Shown: piece after piece, positions 9,489-17,881 of the stretch
Layout: every line of letters starts with the position of its first letter
Numbering within the stretch: position 1 is the first letter of the stretch
Assembly (NCBI GenBank): GCA_038851325.1
Contig: JAWCKZ010000002.1
Location: forward strand, 1 to 26,891
DNA from: Candidatus Bilamarchaeaceae archaeon
GTDB taxonomy: Archaea > Micrarchaeota > Micrarchaeia > Anstonellales > Bilamarchaeaceae
Length of the DNA: 26,891 nt
Reading direction: 5' to 3'
The notes under the pieces: model-generated
What the model was told of the DNA's origin: nothing
The model's input: the letters and a program-made list of their open reading frames with translations, nothing else
The model's database searches: none
Program-made: the position numbers and the translations under genes

Positions 9489-10751
9489 TTAAATCTGTTT
9501 GTTGAGGTAGGAAATGCATATACCTATTATGAGTAGTGCTATTCCATAGGCTATTGTAGTTGTGCCAACGTTAATCGCCATGAACAGCGTTGTGATTATC
9601 GCAAGAAATGGTAGAACCGGAAAGCGTCCTATGCTCAGCGGCACCTTGAATGCCCTGTACGCCTTTGGTGCGTCATATCGTAATTTTATAAGAGAAGCAT
9701 TTATGGCGATAAAGGTGATAAACACAGTGAGGTTTGTTAGATTTGCTACTTCTTGAATCCCACCGACCAAGAAAAATCCAGCAGTAAGAATCCCGACAGC
9801 CGCTACTGCAACCAATGGCGTTCTTCTTGAGGGATTGACGTATGCGAGTGGTTTTGGCAATGCTCCTGATTCTGCCATTCCATAAATTATCCGCGAGGCG
9901 GCCATCATTATGAGCAGCACAGTATTTGCCGTGGCAAAAAGCGCGATTATGGAAAATGCGAAGAAGGCATCGCTGGTCCATGCTGCGGAAACAACGTCAG
10001 CAAGTGGGGAATTTGACTCCGCAAGCACTCTATAGTCAACAACGCTTATGGCAGAAATCGCGACTATGATATAGAGTAAAGTAGTAATGGCTATAGCAAG
10101 AATAAGTGCTCTCGGCATGTTTTTCTCAGGCTGTTTGACTTCTTCTGCCATTCTCGTCATTTCCTCGAATCCTATATATGCGAAGAAAACAAGAGCAGCC
10201 GCAGCAAAAACGCCGTCCATCGAAGGCATTTCAAGGTAATCGACGTTTCCGAGATGGGGTATGGATATTGCGATTACTATGAGCAATCCTCCTGCTTCAA
10301 AAAGCGTGCCTACTATGGCGAACCACGCTGCCTCTTTGACACCATACCCAATAAGCGCAGTTAGCATGAGCACAAGAGCAACCGCAGCGATGAGCGTTGG
10401 CACGCCCGTGATTGCTTCAAAATACCCTCCAAATCCAAGGGCAACTGTTGTAGCGCCTACAATACCGCTTAGTGCAATCAACCATCCAATAACGAATGCG
10501 AGTCTTTTGTTAAACGCATTTCTTACATATTCATACTCCGCTCCTGCTTTTGGAAACATAGATGCAAGTTCGGCATAACTAAGCCCGCTCAATCCGGCAA
10601 CTATTGCTGCTATCACAAAGGAAATCCACACAGCATTTCCAGCCATTCCAGCAGCCTTTCCAATTAGTGCGTATATTCCTGCGCCAAGTATGATCCCAAC
10701 ACCGCAAATAGTTGTCTCCAACAGCCCAAGTGCACGCTTCAGTTTTGCCAT
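9489..10751 (-). CDS. APC-family amino acid permease
   Basis: GIILGAGIY, SYAELASMFPKAGAEY, FFAYIGFE, AEEVKQPEKNMPRA, SRIIYGMA; about 12 hydrophobic segments. Start is ATG 10751 or GTG 10760. Confidence 0.93.
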   Translation of the reverse strand: MAKLKRALGLLETTICGVGIILGAGIYALIGKAAGMAGNAVWISFVIAAIVAGLSGLSYAELASMFPKAGAEYEYVRNAFNKRLAFVIGWLIALSGIVGATTVALGFGGYFEAITGVPTLIAAVALVLMLTALIGYGVKEAAWFAIVGTLFEAGGLLIVIAISIPHLGNVDYLEMPSMDGVFAAAALVFFAYIGFEEMTRMAEEVKQPEKNMPRALILAIAITTLLYIIVAISAISVVDYRVLAESNSPLADVVSAAWTSDAFFAFSIIALFATANTVLLIMMAASRIIYGMAESGALPKPLAYVNPSRRTPLVAVAAVGILTAGFFLVGGIQEVANLTNLTVFITFIAINASLIKLRYDAPKAYRAFKVPLSIGRFPVLPFLAIITTLFMAINVGTTTIAYGIALLIIGICISYLNKQI

Positions 10752-10909
10752 ATGCACCACTACAAGGATTCTGGTTTTAAATGTTGCTAATCAGAGCAGA
10801 CCAAGCCTGTTGCAAATTATATCGTGGAATACCTAATCTGCGTGACGAGCGTCCATAAGTAAACATAGCGGTTGTAATACCTTATGATGATCACGGCATT
10901 TGCATTAAA

Positions 10910-12622
10910 TTATATGAACGCGGGCAACGCTACTCTCGCAGCGGTCCCGAGTGCTATTGCAAGCACTATCTCAAAGACCGTTATGAAAGCCGCCTTCCTC
11001 CATCCGAATTCCTTCACAAGCGTCGCGATTGTTGCGGCGCATGGTATGTAGAATATAGAGACTATGGTAAATACCACCATCTGCAAAGGAGTGAGCACTC
11101 CTGCGAAATTCTCCGTTCCGAGTAGTGCTGCGAGCAACACGATTGCAAGTTCCTTCCTAAGAAACCCAACCACAAGCGCTATTCCAACAATGGCCGGCAG
11201 TCCAAGGAGACCAACTGTTATGGGTGAAAGAAATTCAGAAAGATGCTTAAGCAAACCAAAGAAATCAAGTGTATTTATCACAAAGGTTGATAAGATTATT
11301 ATAGGAAAGGCAATAACAATGAAGTGCTTTATCTGCAGAAACGCACGCCTGAGTATTGCGAAAATATCAGGCATTTGGTAGGACGGCATGTTCATTATAA
11401 GTCCAACTGGTTTTGTTATTATAAATCTGGAAAGGATGAAACCTAGAATGAAAACAACGAGAATGTTGAACGTATAAATTCCAACAGCCCACCAAAAGCC
11501 CAGAAACAAGCCGACAAGACCCAGTATGATAACGCTTCTTGCTGCGCACGGTATCATTGTTGCAAGGAAGGCTGTAAGGAAACGCTGGTCATCTGATTCC
11601 ATTATTCTACATCCTATGCATGCAGGAACCGAGCATCCGTAGCCAAGAAATAACGGTATGAACGCCTTGCCGTGCAGCCCGATTGTGTGCATAAGGCTAT
11701 CTGTGAGGAATGCGATTCTAGGAAGGTAGCCAGATGCCTCGAGAACGGAGAGGAAGATATAGAACGGAAGAAGATAGGGAATGGCAATCGTGATTCCAGC
11801 GATGATCCCCTCGATAACTGTTCTCCAGAAAAAAAGAAAAAGCGCATTTGATGATATCTGTGAAGGAATGATCTGTCTGAAATAATTAATCAACTGGGTA
11901 ATGTACGTAGAAGTTGTATTACCTAATCCGAATATAAGAAAGAACATTGAGAGAAGTATAAGTGCCAGAAACGCGTAACCAAAATACCTGTGAAGAAGAA
12001 TGCCATCGAGTCTCTCGGTTAGCGTCGGTCCAGCGGTTGTCTCTTTCTGGCATTCCTCCACTATGTCATGAATATACTCGTAACGTTTTGATATGTTTTT
12101 CGGGAATGTTTTTTTTGCCTTTTTCCCGCGACGGACAGCATTTATACTCTCTATTACGAGTTGTTGTATTCCCTTGCCCTGTGTTGCTATCGTCGGAACA
12201 ACAGGTACGCCAAGCAGTCTAGCTAATTTTTTTGCATCGATTTCTCTTCCTTTTTCCTTCGCAATGTCGATCATGTTAAGCGCGATGACGACATTCGCAC
12301 CAAGTTCAAGCAGCTGAAGGGTAAGAAAAAGGCTCTGCTCAAGCGAAGCTGCATCAACGATATCTATCACAACATCTGGTTTGCCTTTTTTTACGAAATC
12401 CTTTGCTATTTCTTCTTCCTGCGAAAAAGCGGATAATGAATAAGTCCCAGGAAGGTCCACAATCTTTATGTCCTTACCTAAAAAATTAAGTCTTCCTTCG
12501 AATTTTTCAACTGTTTTTCCAGGCCAGTTTCCGACATGCTGCCTTTCGCCTGTCAGTTGGTTAAAGATGACTGATTTCCCGACATTCGGATTACCGGCTA
12601 ATGCGATCGTTAGCTTGTTCAT
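10910..12622 (-). CDS. feoB: Ferrous iron transporter FeoB
   Basis: G1 GNPNVGKS, VGNWPGKTVE, DLPGTYSL, NMID, gate motifs GYGCSVP, MIPCAAR and YIPCAAT. True start is MNKLT at 12622, overlapping the upstream stop as ATGA; the track's 82-aa extension is spurious. Confidence 0.95.
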   Translation of the reverse strand: MNKLTIALAGNPNVGKSVIFNQLTGERQHVGNWPGKTVEKFEGRLNFLGKDIKIVDLPGTYSLSAFSQEEEIAKDFVKKGKPDVVIDIVDAASLEQSLFLTLQLLELGANVVIALNMIDIAKEKGREIDAKKLARLLGVPVVPTIATQGKGIQQLVIESINAVRRGKKAKKTFPKNISKRYEYIHDIVEECQKETTAGPTLTERLDGILLHRYFGYAFLALILLSMFFLIFGLGNTTSTYITQLINYFRQIIPSQISSNALFLFFWRTVIEGIIAGITIAIPYLLPFYIFLSVLEASGYLPRIAFLTDSLMHTIGLHGKAFIPLFLGYGCSVPACIGCRIMESDDQRFLTAFLATMIPCAARSVIILGLVGLFLGFWWAVGIYTFNILVVFILGFILSRFIITKPVGLIMNMPSYQMPDIFAILRRAFLQIKHFIVIAFPIIILSTFVINTLDFFGLLKHLSEFLSPITVGLLGLPAIVGIALVVGFLRKELAIVLLAALLGTENFAGVLTPLQMVVFTIVSIFYIPCAATIATLVKEFGWRKAAFITVFEIVLAIALGTAARVALPAFI

Positions 12623-13227
12623 TCTATGACCTCTACGTATATCTTTTCTGCGATTCCTCTTCCTATAGCAATTTCTGCGCCCCTTGCACGCAACTCTATT
12701 GGACAGCCGTACCTTGATGTCCTGATGACCTCTATAACCGTTCCTTTGGTAAGGCCCAGTTCCATCATTCTTCTGCGCGCAATCATTCCACCCCTGATGC
12801 CAAAGATTCGCCCTCTTTGACCAGCTTTCAGACTGGAGAGGGTTCTCACATTCTTGCCTTTTACACAAGCCATAGCCCTCTCAAAGGCCCTTTCAGCATT
12901 TCTTGAAAGTGCGTGCTCAAGTGCGCAAGCCTCTGTGTGCGCCCTTTTTCTGCCCAAGCCGAATATCCTCAGAAAATCTTCGAGCAGATGGTGTTTTCTG
13001 AGCATTGACCTGCCGGCTTCCTCGCCTTTCTTGGTAAGTGTCACACCTTTGTAGGGAGTAAGTTTTACCAATCTCTTCTTCTCGAGCTTTTTGAACATTT
13101 CGCTTACGCTTGCAGGGGAGACTGAAAGTTCTTTCGCGATGCCAGTAGTTGTTATTCTTTCGCCTTTCTGCTTCTTTCTGTACATAATCTCGAGATATTC
13201 CTCCATCTCCCTGCTTTCAAGCACCAT
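12619..13227 (-). CDS. DtxR/IdeR/MntR-family metal-dependent regulator with C-terminal FeoA domain
   Basis: EEYLEIMY, wHTH IAKELSVSPASVSEMFKKL, LTKKG, RKHHLLEDFL, EACALEH, then FeoA-like RRRMMELGLTKGTVIEVIR...IAIGRGIAEKIYV. Start placed at ATG 13227 because ATG 13242 lies inside the operator palindrome. Confidence 0.92.
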   Translation of the reverse strand: MVLESREMEEYLEIMYRKKQKGERITTTGIAKELSVSPASVSEMFKKLEKKRLVKLTPYKGVTLTKKGEEAGRSMLRKHHLLEDFLRIFGLGRKRAHTEACALEHALSRNAERAFERAMACVKGKNVRTLSSLKAGQRGRIFGIRGGMIARRRMMELGLTKGTVIEVIRTSRYGCPIELRARGAEIAIGRGIAEKIYVEVIE

Positions 13228-13231
13228 GATC

Positions 13232-13251
13232 AATTTAGGCATACCTAAATT
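13232..13251. promoter_or_regulatory. Palindromic DtxR-family operator AATTTAGG-CATA-CCTAAATT
   Basis: Perfect 8-bp inverted repeat with the TTAGG...CCTAA core of DtxR-family boxes, lying between the TATA-like AT tract (~13247-13258) and the regulator's start codon. Confidence 0.8.
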
Positions 13252-13324
13252 TAAAAAACCATTGTTATTCTCTCCCAGCTTATCGTTGCAATAGGATTTT
13301 AAAAGTTAAATTTGAACCATTTTC

Positions 13325-14320
13325 ATGAGTATTTTATCTCTCTTCAGGAAATCTGCGCAGGCTAGCTGTAAAATCGTTTTCCCTGAGGCAGAGGATGAAC
13401 GGGTCCTTCAGGCAGCACGGCTTGCAAAGGACAGGAAACTGGCAACCCCAATTTTTGTTGGGGATAAAAATAGGATAGAGGCAACAGCAGCAAAACTTAA
13501 AATAAAAATAAACGATATCCAGACAATTGATATCGCAAAAGGAATTCCAAAAAAATACGTCGACATGTATATCAGGATACGAAAAGTTCCGGAAAAACTT
13601 GCGGAACGCATGTTGTTGAATCCGCTTTATCTTGCAGCACTCATGGTGAAGATAGGCGAAGCTGATTGCATGATTGCAGGCGCGGTCGCAACCTCCGGAG
13701 ATGTCATAACTGCCGCAACAGGAATAATAGGTCTCAGAAAAGGTATTTCGGTCCCCTCAAGCTTCTTTATAATGGAAATTCCCGGCTATAAAGGCGGAGA
13801 GAACGGCCTTCTTCTGTTCGCGGATTCCTCTGTGAACATAGAGCCCACCGCAGAACAGCTTGCTGATATAGCGATAACTACTGCGAACACTGCAAAAGAA
13901 CTTCTAGGCTGGACGCCACGGGTTGCAATGCTTTCATTTTCAACAAAGGGAAGTGCGATCCATCCGCGCGCTGATAAGGTGATAGAAGCAACAAAAATCG
14001 CAAACAAAAAAGCACCCTCGCTCGCAATAGACGGCGAGATGCAGGGTGATACTGCGCTCGTTGAAGCAACGGCCATGAAAAAAATGAAGGGAAAGATCGG
14101 TAAAGTGGCTGGGAGGGCAAACGTACTTATCTTCCCTGATTTGGATTCAGGCAATATTGCATACAAGCTTGTGCAAACGCTTGCAAAAGCAAATGCATAT
14201 GGACCGATACTTCAGGGATTTGAAAAGCCAATAAGTGACCTCTCAAGAGGAGCGAAGGTCGGCGACATACTCGGGGTTATTGCGGTATTGAGCGCATGGT
14301 CGAAAAGAGGGGGCAAATGA
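13325..14320 (+). CDS. pta: Phosphate acetyltransferase (short, catalytic-domain-only Pta)
   Basis: IVFPEAEDERVL, SSFFIM, FADSSVN, VAMLSFSTKGSA, DGEMQGD, ANVLIFPDLDSGNIAYK, GPILQG, DLSRG. Confidence 0.93.
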   Translation: MSILSLFRKSAQASCKIVFPEAEDERVLQAARLAKDRKLATPIFVGDKNRIEATAAKLKIKINDIQTIDIAKGIPKKYVDMYIRIRKVPEKLAERMLLNPLYLAALMVKIGEADCMIAGAVATSGDVITAATGIIGLRKGISVPSSFFIMEIPGYKGGENGLLLFADSSVNIEPTAEQLADIAITTANTAKELLGWTPRVAMLSFSTKGSAIHPRADKVIEATKIANKKAPSLAIDGEMQGDTALVEATAMKKMKGKIGKVAGRANVLIFPDLDSGNIAYKLVQTLAKANAYGPILQGFEKPISDLSRGAKVGDILGVIAVLSAWSKRGGK

Positions 14321-15504
14321 ACAAAATTCTTGTGCTGAACTGCGGAAGCTCGTCGATAAAGTACCGCCTTTTTGACAACAAGTTCAACACTATTCTTTAT
14401 GGTCTTATAGAAAGGATAGGCGAAAAGGGAACCCAGCTTGTGCATACAAAAGGGGAGGAAACGCTTAAACAGCTGGTTGAAGTCAAAAACCATCGGGAGG
14501 GAATAGCCCTGATGATAAAGATGCTGCACGACCCGAAGCTTGGTGGCATAAAACGCATCGATGAGATATCAGTTGTAGGTCATCGTGTAGTTCATGGTGG
14601 CCAGATGGCAAAGCCTGCTCTTGTTTCTGACGTGGCGCTTAATTACCTGAAAGACTTCGAGATGCTTGCTCCGCTGCATAATCCTCACAACATTACGGGG
14701 ATAAAGGAAGCGAAAAAAGCCATGCCGAATGTCCCCCAGATTATGGTTTTCGATACCGAATTTCATCAAACAATGCCAAGAAAGGCGTACATGTACGGCC
14801 TTCCGTATCATTTCTATGATAAATATGCTGTACGAAAATATGGCTTTCACGGGATGTCGCACAAATACGTTGCGCTCAGAGCAGCTGAGCTGCTCGGAAA
14901 GAAAAAGCCTAATATTATCACGTGCCACCTCGGTGCAGGCTCGAGCATAACTGCTGTTAATGCTGGAAAATCTGTTGATACGAGCATGGGGATGACACCG
15001 CTTGAAGGAGTGATGATGGGAACAAGGACGGGCGATATCGATCCAGCAGTTCTTCAGTACCTTGTAAAGAGATACAAATTTGATTACGACGAGCTTTTTG
15101 ACATAATGAACTTCAAGAGCGGACTTCTGGGAGTATCTGGAGTAAGCAAGGATGTTCGCGTGATTGAGGGCAAGGCAAAGGAAGGCAACAAAAGATGCAA
15201 GCTCGCACTAGAAATGTTCTGCTATCGGGTTGCGAAATACATAGGCGCATATGCTGCTGCGCTCGGAAAGGTCGATGCAATCGTTTTCACTGCCGGTATA
15301 GGCGAGAACGCAACAAAAATACGTGAGGAGATATGCTCTTATCTTGGCGCTTTCGGTGTAAGGCTTGACAAAAAGAAGAACAAAAAAGCCGTAGGAAAGG
15401 AGATGGATATAAGCGCAAAGGGTTCAAAGGTAAAGGTGCTCGTTATTCCAACCAATGAGGAGCTAATGATAGCAAAAGAAGTCTCAGAAGTGGTGAGGAA
15501 GTGA
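14317..15504 (+). CDS. ackA: Acetate kinase
   Basis: VLNCGSSSIKY, GHRVVHGG, LAPLHNP, FDTEFHQT, YGFHGMSH, CHLGAGSS, DTSMGMTPLEG, FTAGIGEN, IPTNEE. Start MNKIL overlaps the pta stop (ATGA) and follows SD GAGGGGG. Confidence 0.96.
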   Translation: MNKILVLNCGSSSIKYRLFDNKFNTILYGLIERIGEKGTQLVHTKGEETLKQLVEVKNHREGIALMIKMLHDPKLGGIKRIDEISVVGHRVVHGGQMAKPALVSDVALNYLKDFEMLAPLHNPHNITGIKEAKKAMPNVPQIMVFDTEFHQTMPRKAYMYGLPYHFYDKYAVRKYGFHGMSHKYVALRAAELLGKKKPNIITCHLGAGSSITAVNAGKSVDTSMGMTPLEGVMMGTRTGDIDPAVLQYLVKRYKFDYDELFDIMNFKSGLLGVSGVSKDVRVIEGKAKEGNKRCKLALEMFCYRVAKYIGAYAAALGKVDAIVFTAGIGENATKIREEICSYLGAFGVRLDKKKNKKAVGKEMDISAKGSKVKVLVIPTNEELMIAKEVSEVVRK

Positions 15505-15869
15505 AGATTGTAGGGTTAGGAACAGACATTGCAGATGTACGTAAGATGAAGAGGATCCTTGCTGGAAAGTACGGAAGGCGCTTTATCGAAAATACATTCA
15601 CGAAAAATGAAATTGCCTGTGCAGGAAAAAACGTCGCAAAGTTCGCAACAAATTTTGCGGCGAAGGAGGCAGTCTACAAGGCATTCGAAACTGGGTGGAT
15701 AGAGGGGAGGGACGTCGAGTTGCTACGTGAAAAGGAAACAGGTGCACCAAGGATAAAACTGCATGGGGAAATAGCAAAAATAGCAAAAAAGAGAAAAATA
15801 AAGAAAGTGCTTATCAGCCTTTCATTCACAGAATCGAACGCGATAGCTGTTGCAGTGCTTATTTCTTAA
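15501..15869 (+). CDS. acpS: Holo-[acyl-carrier-protein] synthase (AcpS-type phosphopantetheinyl transferase)
   Basis: 122 aa; GLGTDI, FAAKEAVYKA, GAP, ISLS. GTG start overlaps the ackA stop. Confidence 0.9.
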   Translation: MKIVGLGTDIADVRKMKRILAGKYGRRFIENTFTKNEIACAGKNVAKFATNFAAKEAVYKAFETGWIEGRDVELLREKETGAPRIKLHGEIAKIAKKRKIKKVLISLSFTESNAIAVAVLIS

Positions 15870-16113
15870 TCTTCTTCGCTTTTTCATACATATAGTCTAT
15901 TGCCTGCTTGAGCGTCTTGTTCTGCCTCACGTCTCTCTGAGGCACCCTAAAGCCGAATTCCAGCTCAAGAGCAGCAAGCAGTTCTACTATGTCCATGGAT
16001 TTTGCGTGAAGGTCGTCAATGAAATTCGTCTTCTCTGTCAGCTTTTTCTCACTGACATGAAAAACGTCAGCAACGACTTTTTTCACTTTCTTTGCAACCG
16101 TGTCTCTGTCCAT
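15859..16113 (-). CDS. Acyl carrier protein (atypical)
   Basis: 84 aa with four-helix ACP layout: TNFIDDLHAKSMDIVELLAALELEFG...KTLKQAIDY. Ser39 sits at the phosphopantetheine position. Confidence 0.88.
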   Translation of the reverse strand: MDRDTVAKKVKKVVADVFHVSEKKLTEKTNFIDDLHAKSMDIVELLAALELEFGFRVPQRDVRQNKTLKQAIDYMYEKAKKIKK

Positions 16114-16114
16114 A

Positions 16115-16516
16115 CTATTTCACTACTTTGAAGATGACGATGTTCATTCCAGCCATCTTTTTGACCTTTGCTTTCACTTTCATTGGCATCTGAGCATTTT
16201 GCTTTTCTATTGCCTCAACACTCTTTACATCCAATCCTTCTATCTGCGTGAAGAAGCATGGCCCTTCCTTCAGCTCCACAACACCATAGGCATACGGATG
16301 ATATTTTGCAAACTTCAGCGGTGGCAGATTTCCACTTGAGAAGAGATGTAGGGTTCCCTCCCCGCTTATTGGTTTCCATTCAACATCATGCGCACCGCAT
16401 TTTTCGCATCCTGCCTTTGGCGGAAAAATGAAATGCCCGCACTTCCTGCACTGCACCCCGTAAATCTTCCCCTTTCCAAGTTCCCTATAGAATCTTGCAA
16501 TCATACTTTCCATCAT
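16115..16516 (-). CDS. DUF35 family Zn-ribbon/OB-fold protein (thiolase partner)
   Basis: GVQCRKCGHFIFPPKAGCEKCG, W..ISGEGTL..FS, PYAYGVVELKEGP. SD GAGGTGA overlaps the thiolase stop. Confidence 0.92.
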   Translation of the reverse strand: MMESMIARFYRELGKGKIYGVQCRKCGHFIFPPKAGCEKCGAHDVEWKPISGEGTLHLFSSGNLPPLKFAKYHPYAYGVVELKEGPCFFTQIEGLDVKSVEAIEKQNAQMPMKVKAKVKKMAGMNIVIFKVVK

Positions 16517-16518
16517 AA

Positions 16519-17799
16519 TCACCTCTTAAGAACAGTAACAGCGGCATGCATACCATAACCGTGGTTGTGCACCACAGAGACTTCTGGGATATCCTTTATC
16601 TGCCTTCCCTCTGCCTCTCCCCTCATCTGCTTTACTGCTTCATAAATATCAGCACCGGCTGATGCCGCAAATGCGTGTCCCTTTGCATGTCTTCCTCCAG
16701 ATGTATTCATCGGTTTATCGCCATCGTAGCGTGTCCTTCCTTCGAGAACTGCCTTCCATGCTTCTCCATTCTTGAAATATCCACAGATTTCCGATTCTAT
16801 GAGATGATAAATCTGCATGCAGTCATGCACACTCAGATAGTCGATGTCGTCCCCGGTTATTCCAGCCATCCTCATTGCTGTTTCAAAAGCGGTTTTGTCA
16901 ATCGCCCAGTCAGTCGGATCCTTTCCGTACCATGGATAATTGCTTGAACTCCAGTGGAAACCTTCGATCTTTATCGGCTCTTTTTTACAGAACCTTTTCG
17001 CCTCGCTCTCTGAGCTTATTATGTATGCAGAAGCACCATCAACTGTATTCAGCGCGCTCTTTACCCTCGCTGGCCATGCAAGGAAGGGATTCTTCCTGCT
17101 CTGCCAGAACGCCCACGGGTCCTTGAACCCTGCCTTCTTTGCCTCTTCTTCAAGTGTTGTCTGTATGAAAGCCTTCGGATTCTTTGAGCCATGCATTCTC
17201 ACTGTCTTGTGGATTGCAAACATTACCTCATCCATCTTGTTCATTGGAATTCCGTATTTCTTCGCATACCCCAACGTCGGCAACGCGCCATAGGCAGTCG
17301 CAATATCGTACGAATGATGATACGCATATGCCTGGTCAACGCCAAAGTCTGTCCAGTACCAGAGCGTTCCAGGATCAAGCGGCTTCCTCTTTGTTGGGTC
17401 ATCTGTTGCTTCTGATGAGAGTATTTCAGCACCTATGACTAGAACATTCCTGAATTTGCCAGAAGCAACCCCCATCGCAGCGAGTCCTACCCCAGTATTT
17501 GTCGTTGAGCATGCGGTTGCAAAATGGATGCCAGGCTTGAGATGCAGTCCGAGCCAGTCCGCCATCTGCGTATGATGCGAATAAAGATGCGATATATGAC
17601 TCACCATGCTTCCTATATAGAAAGCGTCTATATCCTTCGGATCCACGCCCGCATCATCCATAGCCTCAAAAGCAGCCTGGCACGCAAGTTCCTGGAAGCT
17701 CAACCCCTTTAATTCAGGAGTCGCAAGAACACTTCCGAACTTAGTGCATCCCACACCCGTAATTACGGGTTTTTCCTTTAAACTACCGGCATATGCCAT
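16519..17799 (-). CDS. Thiolase-family protein (SCP2/archaeal-type)
   Basis: ITGVGCTKFG, AFEAMDDAG, TACSTT (nucleophile Cys), VDGASA, VHDC, NTSGG..AKGHAFAASAG, QMRGEAEGRQI, HNHG. Confidence 0.92.
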   Translation of the reverse strand: MAYAGSLKEKPVITGVGCTKFGSVLATPELKGLSFQELACQAAFEAMDDAGVDPKDIDAFYIGSMVSHISHLYSHHTQMADWLGLHLKPGIHFATACSTTNTGVGLAAMGVASGKFRNVLVIGAEILSSEATDDPTKRKPLDPGTLWYWTDFGVDQAYAYHHSYDIATAYGALPTLGYAKKYGIPMNKMDEVMFAIHKTVRMHGSKNPKAFIQTTLEEEAKKAGFKDPWAFWQSRKNPFLAWPARVKSALNTVDGASAYIISSESEAKRFCKKEPIKIEGFHWSSSNYPWYGKDPTDWAIDKTAFETAMRMAGITGDDIDYLSVHDCMQIYHLIESEICGYFKNGEAWKAVLEGRTRYDGDKPMNTSGGRHAKGHAFAASAGADIYEAVKQMRGEAEGRQIKDIPEVSVVHNHGYGMHAAVTVLKR

Positions 17800-17881
17800 A
17801 GAAATCGACCCATCCGTAAAACAAAGTTAATCATTATAAGCTTTTCTGACTCGGTGTTGCGCTGAGATTACAAAACAGACC

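Noticed and set aside
10761..10909. 150-bp gap between feoB and the permease as a possible sRNA or small ORF
   Set aside because: No convincing stem, C/D pair or recognisable ORF; only a promoter-like TTTAAAA near 10776-10782.
12623..12868. 82-aa N-terminal extension of FeoB in the ORF track
   Set aside because: It overlaps the FeoA domain of the regulator in another frame. The GTPase domain starts at MNKLT (12622) with an ATGA overlap.
15501..17799. Reading the ACP cluster as a standard type II FAS/PKS or as the mevalonate thiolase-HMGCS complex
   Set aside because: No ketosynthase, malonyl transferase, reductase or HMG-CoA synthase is in the window, and the ACP motif and charge are non-canonical.
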